Below the pieces are notes generated by a model that worked only from the letters and a program-made list of their open reading frames with translations, did no database searches and was not told where the DNA came from. Made by a program: the position numbers and the translations under genes. From Dudresnaya verticillata (lineage: Eukaryota): DNA of 64,000 nt. Below are positions 45,347 to 57,108 of the stretch, piece after piece. How positions within the stretch are numbered: the first letter of the stretch is position 1; every line of letters begins with the position of its first letter. The DNA is taken from assembly GCA_977862235.1 (NCBI GenBank), contig OZ374566.1, positions 930,001 through 994,000 on the forward strand, in the 5' to 3' direction.

Positions 45347-47809
45347 GACTCGCGCTGGTATAGCGCGGAGCGGGGGCGACCTGACCGGCGGGGAGGGGGG
45401 GGAGGGGGAGGGGGAGGGACACGGCAGTCGGTGGCGCCGGCGAGGGAGAGGCGGGGGAGGGGGTGGTGTGTGTGACGGCGTGTGGTTGCGCAGCGCGGAA
45501 GTAGCAGGGCGGGCTCGCGCGTGCGAGCGAGCGAGCGTGCGTGGTAGTGGCAGGTGCAGCGCGGCGAGCGCGTGCGTGCGTGGCAGGGGGACGGGGCGGG
45601 GGCGGGCGGGCGGGGGCCGCGGGGGAGGCGGTGGCGGGGTGGGCGGAGTGACGGTGCGGAGCGGCGGCGGGTGCGGGCGTACGGGGATGGCGGCTGTGCC
45701 GATGCGGCTGCAGGATGGAAGTGGGCGGCGGCAGGAAGCGGTGGCGACGTCAGTCAGCGCGGGGGGCACTGGCGCAGCGCATGACTTGTCGCCAGCGCGC
45801 GTGTCAGCGCGCGGCGGTGTAAGGCGGCTGTCAAGCATTGCTGCTGCGCGGCTCTGTGTGGACCGTTGACACGCGCGGCGGCGCGACGCGCGCGCGGCCG
45901 CCGCACCGATGAGGCGTCCTGCCGCGGCGCCATTGGCCGCTGCCGGTCGTGCGACTGTGCAGCCGCGCGCCTCGGCAAACTGCCACTCTCCCCTTCGCCG
46001 TCTCTCTCTCTCTCTCTTTCCCCGTCGCCCCGCGCCCCCGTCGCTGCTCGGAGCTTGAGCAACGTCAACAACGGCCGAACCTGTCCAGAACCTCGAGCCT
46101 CGCCCCCGAGCACAACACTACTGTCCGCGTCGACACGCCCGGCCTGTCAGGACCTGCCGCACGCACATTGTGTGCACCCGACCGGCCGCGGAACTTGCGG
46201 CCGCGGCACGTAAATCCTCTCTCAGCCGCTATCTACCGTACAGTATGCGCCAGCTGCTGCTGCCGTCGGAGACCAACCGCCGTAATTCGTCGCAACCCCA
46301 CCGCTCCGCTGCACGCATCTCGACTCCCGCGCTCCCACACACGCACGACCTCAATGACTCCTGCACGTGCTACACGCCACAATTCACCGTGCCACTCCTC
46401 CCCACGCATGCGCAGCAACACCCTCCGACCCTCTCATCACACACCCGACCCGATACCCGACCTCCCCCACCTCCGTTCGTAGATATCTCCACCAAAGCAC
46501 CAACCCTTCAGGATGCGCAGTTTGTCGCCGCTCGGCCCCGCTTCCCTTGCCCCCGCCCGGACCAACCGAAACAACGCCATCGCACACACACACCACCGCT
46601 CACTCAGCCACTCGTGACCATCGCTCGAAACAGCCTAATAAAAGTGGCCTCTCAAACACGTCCTGCGTACGGCAAAATACTACCACCTCAGCCGCTGACC
46701 CGGCACCTCGCGAGAACAAACGTCCCGAAGTATCTTTAAACCGACCCATATGACTGATACGCCTAATGATTCGGAGTGGAGCCCACCCCCACCCCCAACA
46801 ACAACAACAACCGCCTTCCTCCGATCTCGCGAAACCGCTTCTACCAACTGTACGTTTGCGGCGGCCGCCGTGTAACCGCCGCTTGGCGAATGTCCACCAA
46901 GTCATCCATCCGACCTTTTTTTATCGATTGCGAGACCTCAATACAATCCCCACCACCACCGTCTCTCCTTTTTCCATCTGAGACAGTGCACAGTGCTGTT
47001 TTGCACCGACCCGCTTCGTTTTTTTGATCAACCCAGCACTGTTCTATCCGAAACGTGAGCTCCGCGAATCGCAAAGCCTGCTGCCCTGCCAGGGCCCATA
47101 TTTATAACCATCACACCCGCGCTTGCGTCCAGCTTGCAACTCCATCTTGACTTAAGGACGGTAACGGCCCTGTTATGCTCCCAATCACACACTCGATAGA
47201 CATCGTCCGCCCAAGTCCCCAACTTTAGAACCCCATCCATGTCTGAAGGGCCCTTGCACTCAGTCAATCCCCTCGTTTTTGTCAGCCTTCCTTCCCCCCC
47301 TTCAAACGGACTACTGTCAACCCGAGCTGCACTTGCAACAGACAAAAATGCTGCTTCTTTCTTGGCCTCGCCCCGCCAGACGCATGGTATCGACACATGG
47401 CTTTGCTCAACCAGCCCATCCTGCATACCTGCATGCCACGTGCGTTGCCCCAAAGCCTCGCATTACTACTAAGGCCACCATGTTCCGGGCTCGTAAGGTA
47501 TCTTACCAGCACTACCTGCCATGTATAATTGTAGATCCCAAAACCGCAGCCATGTCGGCCCCTGATGAGATCAATATACTGCGCTTCCCAACTGGCGTCT
47601 CGCAAGCCTAAGATACGATTCTGACAAGAGCAACCCCCGAGCTCATGACGTTTCGAAGAGGGCAGGGGCCTGCTGACTTTCTTGAGGTGGTAGTCCACTC
47701 CCTTCTACAAAACCAAGGCGCAACGGCCACATTTTCTGAGGCGGAACGGAATGACTCCATTCTCGACCGCTAGCTGTTTGTCAAAGGCAATTCAAGCTAT
47801 CAGTGCATT

Positions 47810-47833
47810 CCGTTCCGTTCCGTTCCGTTCCGT
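47810..47833. repeat. (CCGTT)n microsatellite
   Basis: About 4.5 perfect units seen directly. Confidence 0.8.
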
Positions 47834-48130
47834 ATCAACCACGCTCAACAGCCCGAATACATTTCTTGCTCCATATAATGCACTCTCAATTCGCCACAAC
47901 ACTGCTGTTCACGTTCATGGCCGCTCCGAAGGCTGCACAATAGGCCGACAGCATGGTCACCAGGACCCCACCATGCTTCCCCTTGGTTCGTTCCCTGTAA
48001 GGGCGTCATCACGTCGGCATTTTCCTTACTCAGTTCCAGGTCCTTTCGGAAATAGCAGTTCTCGGTCACATGCAACATCATGGTCCGATCGGAGAGGATG
48101 GATGAAAATTAGGAAGGTTGACCTCCTAAG

Positions 48131-48163
<33 letters not shown>
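48131..48163. repeat. Poly(C) tract, 33 nt
   Basis: Homopolymer seen directly. Confidence 0.9.
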
Positions 48164-49515
48164 TTCCCAGATTGTTCAGTCATTCACATTAGTTCATGTT
48201 AGAGGGTCCAGCCGCCGAGCAAATATGCCCAAGCGTTGCCGCTGCCGTCGACAGCACCCCGGCAAGTGAAGAAGAGGATCATGACTCTACAGTCGACTTG
48301 TAAAGTCCTTTGGAAACTATCACCATTGCGCAGCTGCCGCTCTCGAGCCCTGCAAGGTCAAGAGTTGACTGTCAGAGAGTAGGAAAACAGGCATCACGAC
48401 AGAAGGATTGCTCCTTGTGGGGAGCTCTTGTATCTTCAGTCAAAAGTTTCGGTTTCGGCAGTCTCGGACTTGGCAAGGCGTGCTGACCACACGTCGGAAG
48501 CAAAGCTCCTTCAGTGATCCACCATGGATGATAGGCGCCCCAACTGTAACTTGCAAGCATCGGGTTTTCATGCACTGGCGTATGTTGCTGTAGCGTGCTC
48601 CCTTCGTTGAGATCCGGGTGAGATTCAGGGTGTCCAACCACAGACGGGCATGTGCAGTCTTTTCTTTTTCCAGTGTCAAGGCCTGCAGATGTCAACGGCA
48701 GCTCAGCGAAAGCAACTGGAGCGTGCAAAACATAGCCTACTGGAACAAGAGCAAGTCGAAAGCAAATGAATGGCATTCCATGCACGCCGCATTGCAGCTC
48801 AGAAATATCGATGATTCGAGAAAAATATCGCGGGCCATTGAAAGGCAACTTGGAAGCATTCGCAGTGACGAGAGTTGGCCAAGTTGCCCAATAGAATATC
48901 GAGTAAAGAAATCGAGACCATTTGATTCGGCGGCGGAGCACATTCACGGATGAGACGTGTGCAAGTGCTGCAAGCAGCCTTGCTCTAGTCGACTGTTCCA
49001 GCAAAGCGCAGACGAAAGACGCACTTTTCCCCTTTCCCTCAAATTGCGGAATGCCCCTGGCGGTCGTTCTGGACGCTTCTCTCGAAAGTATGAGCGAAAA
49101 AGTGCAAACAAAATAGATTTTCGCGGGACGAAAAAGAATTCAGTCCGCCATCAACACTGCTCAGGGCACCAAAAGCCTCTGAAAGCCCCTAATGCCCACA
49201 GAACGTGTACATTCCATCTAAAACGCCACACACTTTCTGACCCCATCTGCACATCTCACCCCTACAGACCCGGTTCCGCCTTTCTGGGCGCCATTCTTGC
49301 AGACTGCAACGACCCCCTGTAACCACCGGTACAACGCCTCCAACGCACACGACTGCTCGACTCTGCAAACGTCATCACGAAATCCCTCGACCTTGCAGCA
49401 AACCCCACCCCACCCGCCGCACCCCCCACCACACCGGACCCCCCGCCACCCCCCACCCGTCCCTTCCGCCCTCTACCCGTCCCTTCCGCCTCTGTCGCGT
49501 CTTCCCCTCGCCAAA

Positions 49516-49959
49516 ATGGCACCGGACCTACTCACTGTCTCCTCCCTACCGGAGACTCGGTTGAAGGCCGTTGTGCAGGCCAACGCCCTCTTCGAGGCAC
49601 TCCTGGCCGGTGTCTGCTTCGCGGCCAGTGACAAGGTTGCGCACCTCTTCGTCCTCCCTTCCTCAACTTTTTCGGTTCTGCTTGGTTTCACCTTCTCCTT
49701 CGCCTCCGCATTCTTGTTCAGAGTCGCCATGAAGCAACCCATCTCTTTACGGCTCGTCATCCTCATCGCCGTCACCAACGTTGTCACAGCCATTGGCTTG
49801 GCAGTCTTGGTCGTTTTGGATCCCCTACGCTTCTCGAGCCAAGGCTCCACTGCCGTCTTGCCAGTGTCTGCAATTCATGGATGTCTCGGTTTATCGCAAC
49901 TCGTCCTGCTTTCGCACTCAAGTCACGCCTACCAACAAACGGATGTAGTCGCAGTGTAA
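49516..49959 (+). CDS. Small four-transmembrane protein of unknown function (147 aa)
   Basis: ATG in aaaATGg context after a C-rich leader; four hydrophobic segments. Confidence 0.75.
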   Translation: MAPDLLTVSSLPETRLKAVVQANALFEALLAGVCFAASDKVAHLFVLPSSTFSVLLGFTFSFASAFLFRVAMKQPISLRLVILIAVTNVVTAIGLAVLVVLDPLRFSSQGSTAVLPVSAIHGCLGLSQLVLLSHSSHAYQQTDVVAV

Positions 49960-50194
49960 CGAAGAAAGAGGAAGGCCTCGTTCATCGGAGAACTGGAGAA
50001 CCGGTACACTTTCGAGTAATGCACCGCAATCCGAACGGATCGGGTGCATGTGAGCTTCCACTGCAATCAGAAGTGCTAATGAGTATTGTTTGGGCTATTT
50101 AACTGCAAGACTTTACACTCACTGGACAAGTCGCGGGGACTCATTGCTCGAAAACCTCCAACATCTGTTCACTAAAACTCTACCTGCTCCTATT

Positions 50195-52273
50195 CTAGTC
50201 AAGGTCGGAGTCAGAGTCGCTAGAGTCGCTATCGGATTCGTCATCTGAGGAGTCTGAGCTGCTCTCTCCATCATCTTCATTGCCGCCAAAGAAGGAACGC
50301 GGCTTCTCAGTAACGCGAACGCTACCCTCCGTTGACTCACCACCCTGGTCAGCAAGCTTTTCCTCAAGACTCTTAACCTCCTCGTCGACTTCCTGCACAG
50401 ATGAAAACTCTCTACCAAGGCATGACGAACGAATCGTCTTGAATCCGGGCACGAATGCCTCCAGAAACGCCTCGATGTTCCGCCACGCCTTGTTATCTAA
50501 CTTATCAAATTCGAACACGAACTCATCCGCAGAACCAGCCTGTTCAGCCGGAGTGGATTTCCGTACAAGCTCCACCAGGCTCTCTATTTTTGAGGCTGGA
50601 ACTTTGCCGTTCTCAATAGCGGAAGAACACTTCACTTTCTGATCGAAGTGCATCGTGATATCATATAGGAGGGCAGCACGAGAAAGGTAGCCCGACCCCT
50701 TCGGAACTGGCGTACGAGACAACACAACAGGGCGACAACGGCGAAGGTACTGCAAACGTTCCTCCATCTCCTCTACAGTATCCGTTGTCACATCTACATC
50801 ATCGGTAACGACCACCTTCGTCTTCTTAGCGGGAATCGTGGCCAGAACCTGGTCCACTTCAGAGACCTTCGTCGCGCCATCGTGGTTACCGGTGCCTTTG
50901 TTCGGAATAATCGTATCCCCTGGCACCTCAATACCCAAAGACTTGTACACATCCGGCACAGGAGGTTTCTCTTTTCGCACTCTCCGGCCTCCAGACTTTT
51001 TCTTCGCAAGTGTCTGGGCAACCTCTTCCGGCGTGGGTGCAGGTGGCAGCTGCTCGATCATGGTTTTCTCGAAGTCCTCCATGAACAGCTTTGCACAGTT
51101 GTACAACATATCTCCCGCCCTATTGTAAACCATCGCGTTTCTAAACACCAGGCGCACATCGTCGGCAAACTTCTCAACCTCGAAGGCATATGGCAATGCA
51201 GTATTCTTGGCCGGAGAGATGTATACCGACGTCTCTAGGTTCTTTTTGATCGTGCCAAGATCCATTGGATGCGTAATGACATCAAAATAGCGCGGGATGG
51301 CTTCCAAAGCCCAAAGCTGCTTGACCGGGGCAGAGAATGGGCCAGCAGAAGAATTTCGCAACAGGGACGATATCAACTTCTTGCAAAACTGGAAGCGCTT
51401 GCACTTTGACATACAAGTAGGAGTGGGGGCAGCCTTTATGTGACCAGATTCAGCGGGCTGAAGAGTATGAGTCCTCGGCCTCCGCACACGCGATGATGTC
51501 CTCTTGGGAAGGGAAGGATTAATGCTCTTGCCAGCGGGAGCTTTCTTCGCCTTTCCAGCGCGAGGCTTAACCTCAGCGACAGACGGCTCAGCGTCTACAT
51601 CGATAACCGTGACAGCAGCGGGAGCAGGGCGTTTCCCACGCGCAGGCTTCTTGGTAGCGGATGCCCGAGCCGTCCGCTTACGCGTACGCCGAGGAGCCGC
51701 AGGAACATCCACAACATCTTGAATGTCTGTCGGCGATGCGACAGTAGTCGGGGGGCGGGTAGACTTCTCCTCGACGATGACAACTTCATCGTCGTTTGAA
51801 CTCTGCGCAGATCGCGGACGCGTTGAAGCTTTCGAGGCCTTAGCATCAGCCTTGGCCTTGGCAAGTTGTGCCTTTCTTGCGTCGATATCGCGAAGACGCT
51901 GGAGCAGCGCTTTGCGACGCTCGTCAGTAGCAGAAAAATTTAGGCGCGCCACGAGATCAGAGCTCGAATCAGCCTTGCCGTCCTTCGCTTCGACGAACTC
52001 GATCGAACCAGACGTAGACGCGGCTCTGCGGTCTACGTCCATAGAGGTCGTAGTGCGGTCCGAGCGTGAGCGCTTCAACGGTGGCGGTGACGACATTGCA
52101 CAGATGTTCGGACTCAAAGGACGCTTCGGCAAAGCCAAAAGAGAGTCGGAAACGGGGCTTGTGGCGTACTTGGGCTTGGAAAAATGTGCTGCTTGGGCAG
52201 CATGCTTTGTAGAGGGATCGTCGCTCGCACCCGAGACAGGGCTGGCAGGTAGGCCGTCCCAGAGGCCAGCCAT
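50195..52273 (-). CDS. Bromodomain + ET-domain protein (BET/GTE family, single bromodomain)
   Basis: GPFSAPV...YFDVITHPMDLGTIKKNL...FADDVRLVFRNAMVYN; ET-like DEFVFEFDKLDNKAWRNI; terminal SSSDSSDDESDSD. Confidence 0.88.
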   Translation of the reverse strand: MAGLWDGLPASPVSGASDDPSTKHAAQAAHFSKPKYATSPVSDSLLALPKRPLSPNICAMSSPPPLKRSRSDRTTTSMDVDRRAASTSGSIEFVEAKDGKADSSSDLVARLNFSATDERRKALLQRLRDIDARKAQLAKAKADAKASKASTRPRSAQSSNDDEVVIVEEKSTRPPTTVASPTDIQDVVDVPAAPRRTRKRTARASATKKPARGKRPAPAAVTVIDVDAEPSVAEVKPRAGKAKKAPAGKSINPSLPKRTSSRVRRPRTHTLQPAESGHIKAAPTPTCMSKCKRFQFCKKLISSLLRNSSAGPFSAPVKQLWALEAIPRYFDVITHPMDLGTIKKNLETSVYISPAKNTALPYAFEVEKFADDVRLVFRNAMVYNRAGDMLYNCAKLFMEDFEKTMIEQLPPAPTPEEVAQTLAKKKSGGRRVRKEKPPVPDVYKSLGIEVPGDTIIPNKGTGNHDGATKVSEVDQVLATIPAKKTKVVVTDDVDVTTDTVEEMEERLQYLRRCRPVVLSRTPVPKGSGYLSRAALLYDITMHFDQKVKCSSAIENGKVPASKIESLVELVRKSTPAEQAGSADEFVFEFDKLDNKAWRNIEAFLEAFVPGFKTIRSSCLGREFSSVQEVDEEVKSLEEKLADQGGESTEGSVRVTEKPRSFFGGNEDDGESSSDSSDDESDSDSSDSDSDLD

Positions 52274-55200
52274 TAGAGCGCTTGCGTACACTCGGCGCTA
52301 GAGCGTGGAAATGCACGAGATGGGCGACCGGCAAGCGGCGGAGTTACAGTGCCGCCGCTGTCGGCGAGGGGGGCGTTGGGGCAGTTACGGATTCGGTAAA
52401 CGCGGAGCAGGGTGGTTCTACAAGCGCGGTGGTGAATAGATACGGTGAGGGGTAATGTGATTAGCGCGGGGAAAGGTAGGCAGGGATGCGAATGGGGGTT
52501 GCAGTGTCGGGAGATTACGCAGATGGGGGGTGCGCGGCGTGAAAGGGAGGGGGGGGGGGGGGGGGGTCGAGGTCCACCGGCGGTGGCGCGCGGCGGCGGC
52601 GGCGGCGGCCGATTTGGATCCGGCGGCGAAGGCGGATCAGCGGATTGTCGCACGAACGCTCGCCAGACGCGGTTCTTGGGGGAAGGGGCGACGGTCTTTT
52701 ATACTGGTTTGCAAAGCGTTACTGTAATGCGGATACAACGGTGGGGCCGTCGAACGGCGGGAGCGCAGCAAAAAATGGGAAAGTGAGGGTTCGGGGCAGT
52801 TCCAGCACAATGCGGCCCGCGGGTGCCCCGCGTGACAGTCGCCGATTGCAATGCAGGAGAACGTTTCTGCACGTGGAGACCGCGCGAGACGCGCGCCGTT
52901 CCCTGCGCACCCACGGCGCTGGCTTGCGAGTGTGACGGGGCGCGGCGATTGGGCGGCGTGTGCCGCAGGCGGCGGAGATTACGGCGACGGCCTGCCGAGC
53001 ACGGCGTGCTGTGTTCTTCGCAACTCTCGAATTCGTGCCGTGCGCGTCGGCTGCGTGGGGCCGGCAATAATCTGCGCGTGTGTGCGGTTCTCGACGACCA
53101 CCAAACAGCTCGCACGGCAAAAGTGGTGACGTGACAGAATTCGAACCGGCAGGTGCTTGCGTTTCATACGCGTCTTGCAATCGTCGCGGGTCAGCGGGGG
53201 CGGCGCAAGGGCCCGAGCGCGAGGGCCTGGGCGCCCCGTCACGTACAGGTCATGCACGCAGCACGTGCAAACGCCGCCGGCGAGCGCAAGCTGTCCTGTG
53301 TGGGAGAGCCAAATCAGCAAGCTCTCCGTGCGGTTGGTCCGTTCGTGACCCGCGCGGTCCGGGCGGACCATATCGTTGAGTGGAAGTGGCGGTTTCAATT
53401 CGAGGCAACGGTGCGCGTAGTCCGTTGTCGATTCCAATTGGAGCTTCCACAGTTCCACGCCTCTGGGTGGTCCCCGCGCCGACACCCCAAGGGCCCACGA
53501 GCACCAGCATGACGCGTGGAAGGAGCGAAGCTGGCGCACTCACACGGACATCACGTTCGCAAGACTGTCGACGTTTCGCGCCATTTTCTGTGGAGCAATT
53601 GCGACGCCCCGACAGGTCCTCGCCGTGCTCCCACCACCAGCGATTGTTGGACAATACTGTGACCCCACAAAATATTTTGCTCGCCATCGACCGAAGCGGC
53701 ACAGCGACGCTGCAGGGTGGGCGGCGGCACACGAACCAAAAACGTACAAGCACGCACGCCCGCGGTCTGAGGGCAGATGACAGTGCAGGCCCCACTTCCA
53801 GCTAGCAGCATTGGCCAGCGAGGGGCACAGCTGCGGGGGCCCGGCAAAAAAGGTTGCGTGCACCACTGTACCCGTCGAACTCGACGGCTACTGTAAAGCA
53901 CACGAGGACAGTTGATACAGATTTCGTTCCGGCGGGCGTGGAGGCGGATTAGTGTGTGTGTGGCCTGGTCACGCGCGTGACGGGGCAAGTCATGGGGGGT
54001 TCCGAAAAATAGCGCGCGCAAAAGAACGGAGAGCGAATAGGGCCGCATTGCGCGAGATTTTTGACAAGTTGACTGCGTACACAGCGCCAGCAAGTGCAGG
54101 CGCAAGCCAAAATGTCCCCACCACACTTGGCGGGAAAAACGAGCGTACCCCGATCGGACCGAGACAAGCCGCAGCAACAGACTAACTGTCCGCCAAACAC
54201 GCCCGCCCTCGCCGCTGCCCTCCGGCCCGCACCCGCCGCCGCTGTCTGTCTGCCTGTGCGCGCACGCAGCTGTGCTGCGCTCAACTGCGCTTCTAGACGC
54301 ACCTAGAAGGTGCTTCTGGAAGCACTACCCATCGCTCACCTGCCGTAACGGCTTACAGAAGTCCCTGAAATGCAACATCGTCGCGTACGCGCACTGCTCT
54401 GTGCATTGCTGCACCACTGCCGCCCACCACTTGACCAGCAACACATCTCTCCCTGCCAATCCTCTTGATCTCAAGAGCACACGGCCTTCCTGCCCACACC
54501 TGTGACACACCTCAACCACTTGCGTTCCATTTCGCATCTTTCTGCGGCGGACGTCCTTCGCGGCACACCATCCCTCCATAGCGCCGCCGCCTGCAGGAAA
54601 AGACCCATCCCCGAATGCCGCACAACACACCGTCAGCCGCCATCACATGTCCGCCATCATCACTGTCCCGTGTTCCCTTCATCCCACAAGTCTGATCTTG
54701 ACCACATCTTCACCGTCAATCCACCCCACCGCCCCACCAGCATCATGCTTGACGCAACGCACTCCTCGTCATCCACGCCATGCGGGTCCTCCCAAAACCA
54801 GCCGCCGGCACACCTTGTCACCACCACACCGCGCCATCCAACGGTACAGCCTCTTGCACTTGTCGTTAAAGCCAACCTTGATCCACAGTAGTCTTAATTC
54901 CAGAGCCGTACCGTATCAGCTGACATGATCACCAGATCCTCCGCAACAACGCCGAAGCAGGCAATCCTGCGACAGCCACGCCCGTCTGCGCTTGCATATG
55001 CATATCCCGCCATACGAAATCTTCTTAGCTTCCCAGCTGCTTTCGCCTCAGTCCAGCTCTGAATACTGAACCTCCACAGCACTGCAAGAGATCCCACTTG
55101 CTCATTTGACTGACTGCTGAGCACAATAACAGACGTACTTCGAGCAACATAACATACAAACCTTTGCACCAGGTACCAGTTCGGCTCCTCATGCCACGCG

Positions 55201-57108
55201 CACGACATCTTAGACATTTCTGAATACATTCTGTCACCGTTGAAACCAGTCGCCAGGTAACCGCTCAGGGCTGTCGCCTGCGGCTATTCAGCGACGTGAG
55301 AACTTCTCGGTGCCCCACATTGTGACCATTGACCCATTCCGCCATGCAAAAAAGCCCTCTTGCTAGTGTCGGAACACTATTGTTGCTAGTAACTGAGGGC
55401 ACAGAGTGCAAGATACTGACAAACACACTCGCAAAACCATTGAAAAGCCGTTCATGATCAAGAGTCGAGGCTTGACATCACCACCTAATGTGCAAAGAGT
55501 CACTCAATATCGAATTTCACGGCTGCGACTCACAGTAATTGAGCTCGCATCACAGCTTGCCCCTTGCTCTCCTGGCCTTCTAGCCCAAGCTCCCGACTGA
55601 CGAACGACCCTTCCATTCTTGAAGGTTTTGGACACTGCAGGTAGTCTTAAACAACTTCTCATCACGTTGCACCCAACCTTCTTCATGGAGCCTCTTGAAG
55701 CGAAACACGCGCATACAATCAGCCCTTGTGTGCCAGTCTAGAAGCCAAGACCATGCCAGCCCATCTCGACTTACCACTAATCCACACAAGCGGATCAACA
55801 ACCATAGGAAAGAGTCTCACTAGAATGGTGAGGAGTCCCCCTAGAGCTAGAGGGAAGAGACCGTGGGCCCGCGGCCTTCTGAACAGCAAAAGTGACGGGA
55901 ATGCAACAGAAGGACTGCGCAGAACGTGTGTGAGGGACATTCCGCCACGCTACTGTACAGAGCACGAGCACGAAAACCCAAAACCACAGCCAGAACGGCT
56001 CTTTCAAAACTCGAAATCTACGCCCGCCCGTGACAGCCTGTCCGTGTATTTCTCAAAAGACTCGAAACATCATGAACTTTCCCGATTGGTGAAGGCTTCG
56101 TCTCGCACTTTGCAGCAGTTGTGCCAGAGGGTCTGCACACCTGCGTGTTTCTTGCGACCGCGCTCGAGAAGTGAGACCGCTGTTTGCTTCGTTCCCAGGA
56201 TACCATGATTCTCGTTTACTGCACATGAGATTAACCATCTTCAACGTATGAGGAGCGAGCTTCTTGCCCACGCGCTTCAATGACATCGAGGAACTTAGCA
56301 TGAAGATTTGCTGAGAGGGCAATATCCACGACAGACATATCACCTTTTGCAGGTTGGCTCTGCTCTGGCGCAGACCTGCGAGTTGGATTCACCTCGCAAC
56401 CTGATATTTCTGCCTTAAAACGCACGGAAAAGTAGTGGTGGTCGTTCAATGATTCTATAATGCGTCTCACAAGAATGGAAGGCATACCTAGCTGAGAAGT
56501 AGCGTCGAGCATTCCTTGCCATCAGAAGATCGGTTTAATAGGCTTCAATCCCAATCCACCAATATGCCCATAACTTCTTCCAGGGCAGCATTCCCAACAT
56601 TTTCCGCCGTAACTACGAGACCAAAGCTTAAGCCATGGGTTATGGTGCTGTATGCAGCAAATATTCTGCTGTGCTTCTATGCAACACCGAGACCGGATGC
56701 TGTTAGGTCGCTTAAAACGCCGTCATTTCTAATCTGCCTCATTCGTACCGCATGTTCTAGGAGCATATTACTCTTGCCAGAGTCTCTCAAGTGAGAACTA
56801 TCTCGAGTCTGGTTCCTTCAATTTGCAAGGATAATATTTTTTTGTTCGCAGCTTGACATGTACCAAGTCGGTACTACTAGCACGACAATCTGCCTTCCTA
56901 TAGCTCACGAATCGCGCATTATCACCGTTCACATTATCATGCGCTCCTCCGCTACCAAGCCATCTCCATAAACCGCCGTCGCATCTGTGCCCGTAATCGT
57001 TGGAGGAAGATACCTGCTAGGGCACCTGGTTCCGAAGCGAGAAGTGTCTCATTCTCTTGAAAGGGCTGTTGCATGAAGCGAGAATTTGTGACGTCAATGC
57101 TGCACTCA

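Noticed and set aside
45347..45838. 164-aa Pro-rich N-terminal extension of the Sel1-ARM ORF
   Set aside because: Non-ATG start and low-complexity C-rich sequence; more likely 5' UTR
48372..49004. 210-aa minus-strand ORF
   Set aside because: Non-ATG start and no motifs; cannot be supported as a gene
27276..52273. CDKC, MAT1 and BET genes as a Pol II CTD-regulation cluster
   Set aside because: Spread over 25 kb with unrelated genes between them; chance is likely unless synteny shows otherwise
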